Origin: a virus
Lineage: Duplodnaviria > Caudoviricetes
DNA: 27,609 nt
IMG/VR virus record: IMGVR_UViG_3300037311_000519
Span: 1 to 27,609 of that record
Reading direction: 5' to 3' (one strand)
In this document: positions 1-7,908 of the stretch, piece by piece
Position numbering within the stretch: position 1 is the stretch's first letter
Layout of the letters: each line of letters begins with the position of its first letter
Position numbers and translations under genes: made by a program
The notes under the pieces: generated by a model
Databases searched by the model: none
What the model was told of the DNA's origin: nothing
What the model saw: the letters and a program-made list of their open reading frames with translations, nothing else

Positions 1-585
1 ATGCGCCTGCTGCTCGCCTGTCTCGTGTTTTGCGCCGGCCTGGCCGGCGTCGAGCTTCGCCGGGAGACCGGCGGAGGCCCCGCCGCGTGGGGCGTTTCCT
101 CCCTGACTGTCCCCGGCGCGGCGGCGCGCGAGACGCGCCGCTGGCCGGGGCCCTTTTCCGTCGACATCGTCGCCGTGCTCGATGGCGACACGGTGGAGGT
201 GCGGTTCCGGGATGGGCCCTGCGGCCGCGGACCCTGCCCCGGGCAGGTGATGTCCGTCCGGCTGCTCGATATCGACGCCCCCGAAGCGCACCGCTGCGGC
301 GCGCGTGGCGCGCGCTCGGGCGGGCAATCCTGCGCCGCCTGCGATGCCGAGCACCAGCTTGGGCGGCGGGCGCTCGCCTTCACGCGGGACCTGGTTGAGG
401 GCAAGGGACAACCACGCCCTGCCCGCGTGGTGGCGGGCCGGCCGGACAAATACGCCGGCCGCATCGTGGCCGCGCTAGAGGTGCTCGACGCCGGACGCTG
501 GCGCTCCGTCGGGGCCGCGCTGATCGAGGCCGGGCTCGCCGTGCCCTATGACGGCCGCGCGAAAGACAAGCCGTGGTGCCGCTGA
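1..585 (+). CDS. Thermonuclease (SNase-like) family protein, probably exported
   Basis: Motifs VLDGDTVEV, VRLLDIDAPE, DKYAGRIVA and LIEAGLAVPYDG...KPWC. Hydrophobic N-terminus MRLLLACLVFCAGLAG. Confidence 0.85.
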   Translation: MRLLLACLVFCAGLAGVELRRETGGGPAAWGVSSLTVPGAAARETRRWPGPFSVDIVAVLDGDTVEVRFRDGPCGRGPCPGQVMSVRLLDIDAPEAHRCGARGARSGGQSCAACDAEHQLGRRALAFTRDLVEGKGQPRPARVVAGRPDKYAGRIVAALEVLDAGRWRSVGAALIEAGLAVPYDGRAKDKPWCR

Positions 586-941
586 TGGGTCTCGATGCGC
601 TCGTTTTCCTGCAGCAATATGGTGGCGCGATCGCGCTGCTGGCCTCCGTCGCCGTGCTGCTGCTGGCCTCAAAGTTCGTCACCCGCGAGAGTTTCGGCAA
701 GGACATCGGCGCGATCGAAGGCCGGGTCAAAGTGCTCGAGACCAAGGCCGATCGGACCGAAGACCGGGTCACGGTGATCGAGAAGGACATCGAGCACCTG
801 CCAGACCGCGATGCCACCCACCGCATGGAGCTGGCGCTCTCCGAGCTCAAAGGGCAACTGGCCCAGCTCGACGAGCGGTTGAAGCCCGTCTCCAACACCG
901 CCTCGCGCTTGCAAGAATATCTCCTGGAGCGCGGCAAATGA
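585..941 (+). CDS. Mu gp25-like (DUF2730-type) membrane-anchored coiled-coil protein
   Basis: ATG at 585 overlaps the upstream TGA. N-terminal TM segment, 'IEKDIEHLPDRD...LELALSELKG' and C-terminal 'RLQEYLLE'. Position just before the gp26/gp27-like genes. Confidence 0.7.
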   Translation: MGLDALVFLQQYGGAIALLASVAVLLLASKFVTRESFGKDIGAIEGRVKVLETKADRTEDRVTVIEKDIEHLPDRDATHRMELALSELKGQLAQLDERLKPVSNTASRLQEYLLERGK

Positions 942-1234
942 CGCTCGCCGACCGCATCCGCGCCGAAGCGCGCCTGATCATCCTGAAGGCCTTGGCCGGG
1001 CAGCCGAATGAAAGTTTGACGTCGACCATGCTCGCTCTTGAGCTGGAGACGTTTTCAATCCGCCGCGAGCGCGGCTGGGTGCATGACGAGATGCGGTGGC
1101 TGGCGGAGGCCGGCGCGATCCGTGTCACCGAGGCCGGCACGGTGCTGATCGGCACGTTGACCGAGAAGGGCGCGCGACACCTGTCCCGCGAAATCGCCAT
1201 CGAGGGCGTGCTGCGGCCATCACGGGAGGCTTGA
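938..1234 (+). CDS. Mu gp26-like winged-helix protein
   Basis: ATGA overlap at 938-941. 'ARLIILKALA...WLAEAGAI...LTEKG...IEGVLRPS' pattern and synteny. Real start is internal to the 548..1234 ORF. Confidence 0.8.
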   Translation: MTLADRIRAEARLIILKALAGQPNESLTSTMLALELETFSIRRERGWVHDEMRWLAEAGAIRVTEAGTVLIGTLTEKGARHLSREIAIEGVLRPSREA

Positions 1235-1235
1235 G

Positions 1236-1835
1236 ATGCGCCGCGGCAGGGGCCGGCTCTCCTCCATCGATCTCCTGCCCGACTGGGCGGAGCCGGCCGT
1301 CGTCGCGGCGCTTGCCAAGCTGCGCGACAACAGCCTGCCGCAGATCGAGATCCTCGATCAGTTCAACGCGGAGCTGCGGGCCTTGGGTTTCGCGGCCGGC
1401 GTCACGGACCCGCCGCAGATCAGCTCGTCGGCGTTCAACCGCAAGACCATGCGCCTGGCGCAGCATGGCCGACGCCTCGCCGAGACGCGCGAGATCGCCA
1501 CGGCGCTCGCCTCAAAGCTTGAGACGGGCGGCGACGAGGACCTCACCCTGATGCTCTCGGAGACGATCAAGACGCTGGTCTTCGAAATGCTCGAGCGGGC
1601 GGAAGGTCTCAACGCCGCCGACTGGTCGGCCGAGATGATGGCGAACTTCGCGCTGGCCCTGAAGAACGCCGAACAGGCCAAGAAGGTCAGTGCGGACACG
1701 CGGGTGTTGGTCGAAAAGAACTTCGCCAAGCAGGCCGAGGCGGCGATCGACAAGGTCGCCACCGCCAAGGGGCTGACGCCGGAAACGGTGCGCGACTTCA
1801 AGCGACAACTCTTCGGTGTGCGCGATGCCCGCTGA
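1236..1835 (+). CDS. Mu gp27-like (DUF3486) protein, putative small terminase subunit
   Basis: N-terminal 'GRGRLSSIDLLP', 'ISSSAFNR' and C-terminal 'GLTPETV...LFGV'. Directly upstream of the large terminase. Confidence 0.85.
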   Translation: MRRGRGRLSSIDLLPDWAEPAVVAALAKLRDNSLPQIEILDQFNAELRALGFAAGVTDPPQISSSAFNRKTMRLAQHGRRLAETREIATALASKLETGGDEDLTLMLSETIKTLVFEMLERAEGLNAADWSAEMMANFALALKNAEQAKKVSADTRVLVEKNFAKQAEAAIDKVATAKGLTPETVRDFKRQLFGVRDAR

Positions 1836-3471
1836 TCCTTCGGAGGCTCCTGCCGATCCCGCCGCGCGCCTGAGCCGCGACGCCTGGGCAGCAGAGCGTC
1901 AGCGCACCGGCCGCGCCACCGCGGCGGAGTGGGCCGACACGCCCGTGCTGCTCGACTATCAGGCGGCGATCGTCCGAGCGTGCGAGGCGCACGATGTCGT
2001 CGTCGTGGAGAAGAGCCGTCGCACCGGGGCCACCTGGGGCGCGGCGGCCGACGCGGTGCTGCGCTCGGGCAGCGCGCGCACCGCCGGCGGGATGGACACG
2101 CTCTACATGGGCACCAGCCACGACATGGCGAAGGAATTCATTGACGCCGCCGCCATGTGGGCCCGCCTGTTCGACAAAGCGTGCAGCGGCACCAGCGACG
2201 TTCTGTTTGACGACGGGTCCGACGACGGCATCAAGGCGCTCAAGATCGACTTCGCCTCTGGCTTCTCGATCGTGGCGCTCTCGTCCAAGCCACGCTCTCT
2301 GCGCGGCCGGCAGGGCTTCGCGATCCTGGACGAGGCCGCCTTCGTGGACAACCTTGCCGAGTTGCTCAAGGCAGCGCTGGCCTTCCTCATCTGGGGCGGC
2401 AAGGTCCTGATCATCTCGACGCACAACGGCGCGGACAATCCGTTCAACCAGACCATCATCGATATTCGCGCCGGGCGCCTACGCTATGGGCTGGTGCGGT
2501 TCGATCTGGACGATGCGCTGCGCGACGGGCTGTTCGAGCGCATTTGCCTCGTCAACAGCCACAAGCATGGCGACTGGACGCCGAGAAAGGAAGCCGACTG
2601 GCGCGAGAAGCTGATCGCCGATTACCGCGACGGCGCGGACGAGGAGCTCTACTGCATCCCGTCGCAGGGCTCCGGCGCCTGGCTGACCGGGCCGCTGATC
2701 GAGGCGCGCATGATCGATGCGCCCGTGCTGCGCCTCTCCTTCCCGGCGAGCTTCACGATGCTGCCCGAGGAGGTACGCAAGGCGGAGGTGCAGCGCTGGA
2801 TCGAGACGGAGCTTGAGCCTGTGATGGCGGCCACCCTCGACCCGGCGCTGATGAGCGGCTTCGGCATGGATGTCGGCCGCTACCGCGACCTCTCGGTGCT
2901 CTGCCCGATGCAGATCACCCGCACGATGCGGCGCGCCGTGCCCTTCCTGGTGGAGCTCGCCCGCGTGCCCTTCCAGCAGCAGGAGCAGATCCGCAACGCG
3001 CTGGTCGGCGGCCTGCCGCGGTTCATCGGTGGCTGGACGGACGCGACCGGCATCGGCGCGTCGCTGGCCGAGAGCGGCGCGCAGAAATTCGGGCCCAGCA
3101 TGGTCGAGGTGAAGTTCAGCCCGGAATTCTACCGGGTCGAGACGCCGCCGGTGAAGGCCGCGTTCGAGGATGGGGCGATCACCATCCCACGCGATGCCGA
3201 GGTAGCGGCCGATCTCAGGGCGCTGAAGATCATTCGCGGCGTGGCCCAGCTGCCGGCCCTGCGCCAGAGTTCCGCCAGCGGCGGCGGGACGCGTCATGGC
3301 GATGCCGCCATCGCCATCATCCTGGCCTATGCGGCCACCCGCCAGCCGCATGAAGCCTACGACTATCAGAGCGCGCGGGTCCCCTCAGGGACCGATGAGG
3401 CCTCGCCCTGGCTGAGCCAGGCGGAGGCGTCCGACGTGGCGATGCCCGACCGCGACGGCAGCAGTTGGTGA
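1825..3471 (+). CDS. terL: Terminase large subunit (Mu gp28-like)
   Basis: Walker A-like EKSRRTGAT, Walker B AILDEAAF, coupling motif ISTHNG, nuclease motifs GMDVGR and HGDAAIA. ATG at 1825 preferred over GTG at 1816. Confidence 0.95.
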   Translation: MPADPSEAPADPAARLSRDAWAAERQRTGRATAAEWADTPVLLDYQAAIVRACEAHDVVVVEKSRRTGATWGAAADAVLRSGSARTAGGMDTLYMGTSHDMAKEFIDAAAMWARLFDKACSGTSDVLFDDGSDDGIKALKIDFASGFSIVALSSKPRSLRGRQGFAILDEAAFVDNLAELLKAALAFLIWGGKVLIISTHNGADNPFNQTIIDIRAGRLRYGLVRFDLDDALRDGLFERICLVNSHKHGDWTPRKEADWREKLIADYRDGADEELYCIPSQGSGAWLTGPLIEARMIDAPVLRLSFPASFTMLPEEVRKAEVQRWIETELEPVMAATLDPALMSGFGMDVGRYRDLSVLCPMQITRTMRRAVPFLVELARVPFQQQEQIRNALVGGLPRFIGGWTDATGIGASLAESGAQKFGPSMVEVKFSPEFYRVETPPVKAAFEDGAITIPRDAEVAADLRALKIIRGVAQLPALRQSSASGGGTRHGDAAIAIILAYAATRQPHEAYDYQSARVPSGTDEASPWLSQAEASDVAMPDRDGSSW

Positions 3472-3479
3472 GGTGAGCG

Positions 3480-5084
3480 ATGGTGGAACGGCGCATCCTG
3501 GGCCCGAATGGACAGCCCATCAGCCGCGCGGCGCTGAGCCGCGAGGAGGCCGTGCCGGCCGTAACCGGGCTCATGCACCCGTTTGACGAGACGATCGCGC
3601 CGGGGCTGTCGCCGGCGCGCCTCGCCCGCACCTTGCGTGACGCCGGCCGTGGCGAGATGCGCGACTTCCTGACCCTCGCCGAAGAGATGGAGGAGCGCGA
3701 ACCGCAGTACCGCTATCTGATCGAGACAAGAAAGAATGGCGTCACCTCGCTCAACGCCCAGGTCGATCCTGCCAGCGAAAGCGCGCGCGATGTCGAGATC
3801 GCCGACTTTCTGCGGGACGAGCTCGTGAGCACGGCCGCCTTCCAGACCTTGCCCGACATGATGGTGGACGGGCTCGCCAAGGGCTACTCCCAGATCGAGA
3901 TGGTGTGGGAGACGGGGTCGCTGTGGCTGCCCCGCCGCTTCATCTGGCGCGATCCGCGGCTTTTCCAGTTCGACCTCACGACGCGCTCGGAATTCCGGCT
4001 GCGCATGCAGGGCATGGCCGAGGGCGTCCCGCTGACGCCGCTCAAATTCTTGTCCCATGTCCCGCTCTTGAAGATGGGGCTGCCGGCGCGCAACGGCCTC
4101 GCGCGCTGCGCGGTGTGGGGCATGCTGTTCAAGTCGTTCTCGATGCGCGACTGGGCGGAATTCCTGGACATTTACGGGATGCCGCTGCGGCTCGGCAAAT
4201 ATGGGCCGGGGTCGAGCGACAAGGACCGTGCGGTCCTGCTCAACGCCGTGCGCAATCTCGGCCGCGACGCGGCGGCGATCATCCCGCAGGGCATGGAGAT
4301 CGAGTTTGTCGAGGCGAAGGGCTTCTCGGACAAGCCCTTCGAGGCGCAGGCCCGCTTCATTGATGAGCAGCTCGCCAAGCTCATCATTGGCAAGCCCGGC
4401 GATGGCACTGCCAGCAGCAAGGCGGGCGAGGAGACGCTTGATCGCGTCCGTATCGACATCAAGAAGGCCGATGCGCGCGACCTTGAACTCACGCTGGCCG
4501 AGCAACTGATCAGGCCCCTGGTCGACCTGAATTTCGGCCCGCAGAAGCGCTACCCGCGCGTCCACTTCCCGATCCCGGAGCGCAAGGACCTCGCGGTGTG
4601 GGCGGACGCCGTCGCGAAGCTCGCCGATCGCGGGCTCGCGATCGAGCAGAGCCAGCTCTACGACGTGCTCTCGCTCAAGGAGCCCGCGCCCGGAGCCAAG
4701 CTCCTCGCACAGCCTGTGGCCGCGGAAGGCCAAACGCCCAAGCCCAAACCGCCGCCGCAGACCCCGGCCGAGCGCGCGAGCGCCTATCGTCTGGACCCAC
4801 GCGTCTGCCCCACCTGTGGCCCCGCGACACTGGCCACAGCGGATGGCGACGAGCCGGCCGATGAGGAGGACCGCCTCGTCGCCACCGCACTGGCCGACTG
4901 GCGGCCTGACATGCAGCCGGTGATCGCGGCGATCACCGAAGCGGCCTCTGCGGCACGGAGTTTCGAGGAATTCGAGGCGGCGCTCGAAGCGCTTGCGGCG
5001 GGCCTTCCGATCGCGCGCACCGCCCGCCGTTTGGCGGTCGCCAGCATGATCGGACGGGTGCTCGGCGACCAGGGGGTCGAGTGA
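3480..5084 (+). CDS. Portal protein (Mu gp29 / DUF935)
   Basis: 'LAEEMEERE', 'WAEFLDIYGMPLRLGKY' and 'AAAIIPQGMEIEFVEA' motifs. GAGG RBS upstream; follows the terminase. Confidence 0.95.
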   Translation: MVERRILGPNGQPISRAALSREEAVPAVTGLMHPFDETIAPGLSPARLARTLRDAGRGEMRDFLTLAEEMEEREPQYRYLIETRKNGVTSLNAQVDPASESARDVEIADFLRDELVSTAAFQTLPDMMVDGLAKGYSQIEMVWETGSLWLPRRFIWRDPRLFQFDLTTRSEFRLRMQGMAEGVPLTPLKFLSHVPLLKMGLPARNGLARCAVWGMLFKSFSMRDWAEFLDIYGMPLRLGKYGPGSSDKDRAVLLNAVRNLGRDAAAIIPQGMEIEFVEAKGFSDKPFEAQARFIDEQLAKLIIGKPGDGTASSKAGEETLDRVRIDIKKADARDLELTLAEQLIRPLVDLNFGPQKRYPRVHFPIPERKDLAVWADAVAKLADRGLAIEQSQLYDVLSLKEPAPGAKLLAQPVAAEGQTPKPKPPPQTPAERASAYRLDPRVCPTCGPATLATADGDEPADEEDRLVATALADWRPDMQPVIAAITEAASAARSFEEFEAALEALAAGLPIARTARRLAVASMIGRVLGDQGVE

Positions 5085-5207
5085 CCAGCCCAGCTTCGAA
5101 TTTAAGGCGGTTTTTAAGGCTCCCCAGCGCCATGAGCAGCCATCCCCCTGCACGGGCCGCTGTCGCCATGCGCAGGCCCGTGTGGCCTTGCCAACGGGGA
5201 AGCCGGC

Positions 5208-6371
5208 ATGGCTGAGCCTGAGCTCTTTCGAACAGCCCCGAAAGAGGTGGTCGACTACTTCGACCGGCGGGCCTCGCGCCCGTCCTTCGCCTGGGATGAG
5301 ATCGCGCCGCGCGAGCATGCGCTCGCCTTTACAGTGGCGCGCACCGCCGGCTTCGACGTCATCGACGATCTCAGGAGCGCGGTGCGTGAGGCGGTGGGCA
5401 ACCGCGAGAGCTTCGAGGCTTTCCGCGCCCGGTTGACGCCGATCCTGCAGGCCAAGGGCTGGTGGGGCGAAAAGCGGGTGATCGATCCGCGCACCGGCGA
5501 AATTGCCCGTGTCCAGCTCGGCAGCCCGCGGCGGCTCGCCTTGATCTATGACGCCAACATCCGCTCGGCCGAGGCCGCCGGCGACTGGGAGCGCATCCAG
5601 CGCGTCAAGGACGTGCTGCCGCTGCTCGAATACCTGACCTCGACCTCCGAGCGGAAACGGCCTTTGCATCTGACATGGGTCGGCACCACATTGCCGGTCG
5701 ACGATCCATGGTGGGCCACGCACTATCCGCCCAATGGCTGGCGCTGCAAATGCCGCGTGCGTAGCCGCGCCGCGCCGCGCGAAGGGGCCGCCACCACGCG
5801 GCCCCCGCTGAATGCGCGACCCTGGTCAAACCGCGCGACCGGGGAGACGCGCATGGTCCCGGCCGGCATCGATCCCGGCTGGGACACCAACCCCGGTCTG
5901 ACACGCGACCGCGAGGCCGGCGTCCGCCTTGTCGAGCGGCTCGACGCCATGAGCAGCGCCGGGCGACGCAAGGCCGTCGTGCGGTTGCGCAGCGACCCGG
6001 TGCTCGCGTTCATCCTGGAGCGCTCGGGTGAGCCCGCCGGCGCGGTGGGCAGCGCCCTCTCCGCCATGCGCTGGCCGGTGGCCGTGTTGCCCGACCGGCT
6101 GGCGTTGGAGCTCGGCGTGACGAGCCGCATGGCCTCGCTCACGGTCGGCACGGTGGAGGCCGAGGCGGCGCGCGGTATCAGGCTCGGGCTTGCCGAGGTG
6201 TCGCTCGCCCAGGACGTGATCGACAGCCCGGAGACCATGGTCGCTGGCCGCGACACGCTTCAGCTCGGCCGCCGTGTGGGAGACCGGTTCTGGCGGCTCG
6301 CGGTCACGCGCGAGCCGGATGGCCAGGTGATCATCAGCGCCTTTGCGCCTGACGTCTCGACCGGCGACTAA
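5208..6371 (+). CDS. MuF (gp30) minor head protein with C-terminal extension
   Basis: 'HALAFTVA', 'LQAKGWWG', 'GSPRRLALIYDANIRSA', 'RPLHLTW' and 'WWATHYPPNGWRCKCRV...GIDPGWDTNPG', followed by about 155 extra residues. Confidence 0.92.
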   Translation: MAEPELFRTAPKEVVDYFDRRASRPSFAWDEIAPREHALAFTVARTAGFDVIDDLRSAVREAVGNRESFEAFRARLTPILQAKGWWGEKRVIDPRTGEIARVQLGSPRRLALIYDANIRSAEAAGDWERIQRVKDVLPLLEYLTSTSERKRPLHLTWVGTTLPVDDPWWATHYPPNGWRCKCRVRSRAAPREGAATTRPPLNARPWSNRATGETRMVPAGIDPGWDTNPGLTRDREAGVRLVERLDAMSSAGRRKAVVRLRSDPVLAFILERSGEPAGAVGSALSAMRWPVAVLPDRLALELGVTSRMASLTVGTVEAEAARGIRLGLAEVSLAQDVIDSPETMVAGRDTLQLGRRVGDRFWRLAVTREPDGQVIISAFAPDVSTGD

Positions 6372-6422
6372 AATCGGGCCATAACGGGTCCGTCTCCCCT
6401 TCAACCGCCCTTGAACCGGTCG

Positions 6423-6442
6423 CCGTGACGCGCGTCACGGTC
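6423..6442. promoter_or_regulatory. Perfect 18-bp palindrome CCGTGACGCGCGTCACGG(+TC), putative late-activator site upstream of the head operon
   Basis: Identical 20-mer recurs at 19514-19533. A -10-like GACAAT lies at 6462-6467. Position matches the Mu late promoter upstream of gene I. Confidence 0.75.
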
Positions 6443-6476
6443 GCGAGGGCACGTTGGCTCGGACAATGTCGGCCCC

Positions 6477-7487
6477 ATGAGCCGACCGATCCCCTCCCGC
6501 GACGACGCGCTGGCCGCTGGCCTGACGGCCGGCGGCGTGGCCTTCGAAGTGGCGCTCGCGGCCTCCGATGGCGGCGCGGCAGCGCTGCCCGAATGGGTCC
6601 AGCTGACCCCGCGAGGCGCCGTCCAGGCGCGGGACGGCCGCCGTTTTGTCTTCGACCCGGAACGGCTCGCGGCGGCGTTTACGGCGGGCGGCCTCAAGCT
6701 GCCGATCGATTTCGAGCATGAGGCTGAATACACGATGCTGCTCGGCGCGCGCCCCGCGCGCGGCTGGATCATCGCCGTTGAGGCGCGGGCCGACGGCCTC
6801 TTCGGCCAGATCGAGTGGTTGCCCGACGCCGTCACGGCCCTGACCGCGAAATCCTACCGCTACATCAGCCCCACCTTCTGGCGCGACGCCGATGGCGTCA
6901 GCGCCCGGCTCTTGAAGGGCGCGGCCCTGGTCGCGTCGCCGGCGCTGGGCATGCCCGCCGTCGCCTCCTCCACCCCGGACGAACAGGACCTGACCATGAT
7001 CAAGGATGTGCTGGCCGCTCTCGGCCTGCCCGAAACCGCGACCGCAGCGGACGCCACCGCCGCGATCGCCACGCTCAAGGCGGGCGATCCCGATCGCCAT
7101 GTGCCCAAAGCGCAGCATGACGCCACGGTCGCCGCGCTGGCGACCGCGCAGGCCACGATCGAGGCGACCACGCAGGCTGCCGAGGCCGCGCGCTGTGGCG
7201 CGTTGATCGACGATGCCGTGAAGGCGGGCAAGGTCACCCCGGCCGCCCGCGATCATTACCTCGCGCTCGCCAAGGCCAATTTCGACGCGACGGCGGCGGC
7301 GATCGCGGCCATGCCGGTCGTCGTTCCCGCCGGTGAGGACAAGCAGGTCCGGGGCGGGCGGGCGACCAGCTCCGACGCCATCACGCTCGGGGCCCGCGCG
7401 CGCCAGTACATGGACGAGCAGGCCGCCAAGGGCATCACCGTGAGCGCGGCCGAGGCCGTCGCCCATATCGAGGGAGGGGCGGCATGA
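6477..7487 (+). CDS. Prohead protease/scaffold (Mu gpI/gp32-like)
   Basis: 'PEWVQLTPRG', 'LPIDFEH', 'PARGWI', 'IEW' and 'YRYISPTF...GAALVASPAL', then an Ala-rich scaffold half. Confidence 0.92.
   Translation: MSRPIPSRDDALAAGLTAGGVAFEVALAASDGGAAALPEWVQLTPRGAVQARDGRRFVFDPERLAAAFTAGGLKLPIDFEHEAEYTMLLGARPARGWIIAVEARADGLFGQIEWLPDAVTALTAKSYRYISPTFWRDADGVSARLLKGAALVASPALGMPAVASSTPDEQDLTMIKDVLAALGLPETATAADATAAIATLKAGDPDRHVPKAQHDATVAALATAQATIEATTQAAEAARCGALIDDAVKAGKVTPAARDHYLALAKANFDATAAAIAAMPVVVPAGEDKQVRGGRATSSDAITLGARARQYMDEQAAKGITVSAAEAVAHIEGGAA
6996..7487 (+). CDS. Putative nested in-frame scaffolding protein (Mu gpZ-like)
   Basis: AGGA at 6985-6988 precedes an in-frame ATG at 6996, exactly at the protease/scaffold boundary. 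Mu I/Z has this arrangement. Confidence 0.6.
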   Translation: MIKDVLAALGLPETATAADATAAIATLKAGDPDRHVPKAQHDATVAALATAQATIEATTQAAEAARCGALIDDAVKAGKVTPAARDHYLALAKANFDATAAAIAAMPVVVPAGEDKQVRGGRATSSDAITLGARARQYMDEQAAKGITVSAAEAVAHIEGGAA

Positions 7488-7885
7488 ACCGCAACGAATT
7501 TGGTCTGATCAAGAACTTCACCGCAGCGGCGGCGATCAAGCCGCGCCGCGTCGTCGCCTTCGCGACGGCGGAGGGGCAGGTGGAGGTGGCGGTCAGCGCC
7601 ACCGCGAAGCCTTTTGTCGGCGTCACCGGCGTGGTCGGCGCTGTCGCGGCCGGGGAGCGCATCGATGTCTATCTCGACGGCGTGCGCGATCTGGAAGCGG
7701 GGGCGGCCTTCGCCCAGGGCGTCGATCTGACGGTCGACAACCAGGGTCGTGTGGTTGCCGCCGCGCCGGCCGCCACCGCCACCAGCCGCATCATCGGCCA
7801 GGCGCTCGGCCTGTCCACCGCCGCCGGCCAGCTCGTGCCGGTCCGGATCGCGCCGGGCGCGATCAGCAACGCCGCCAATTCCTGA
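7484..7885 (+). CDS. Capsid cement/decoration protein (DUF2190-like)
   Basis: 'FTAAAAIKPRRVV', 'LEAGAAF..G..LTVDNQGRVV' and 'IIGQAL..STAAGQLVPV'. Lies between protease and capsid genes. Confidence 0.8.
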   Translation: MNRNEFGLIKNFTAAAAIKPRRVVAFATAEGQVEVAVSATAKPFVGVTGVVGAVAAGERIDVYLDGVRDLEAGAAFAQGVDLTVDNQGRVVAAAPAATATSRIIGQALGLSTAAGQLVPVRIAPGAISNAANS

Positions 7886-7908
7886 CGAGACCCTGAGAGG
7901 ACCGCCCG

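Noticed and set aside
5102-5117. CtrA box
   Set aside because: The TTAA half-sites are 8 nt apart rather than the canonical 7.
3366-5723. 785-aa minus-strand ORF
   Set aside because: Shadow of the portal and MuF genes; Arg/Gly-rich, no motifs.
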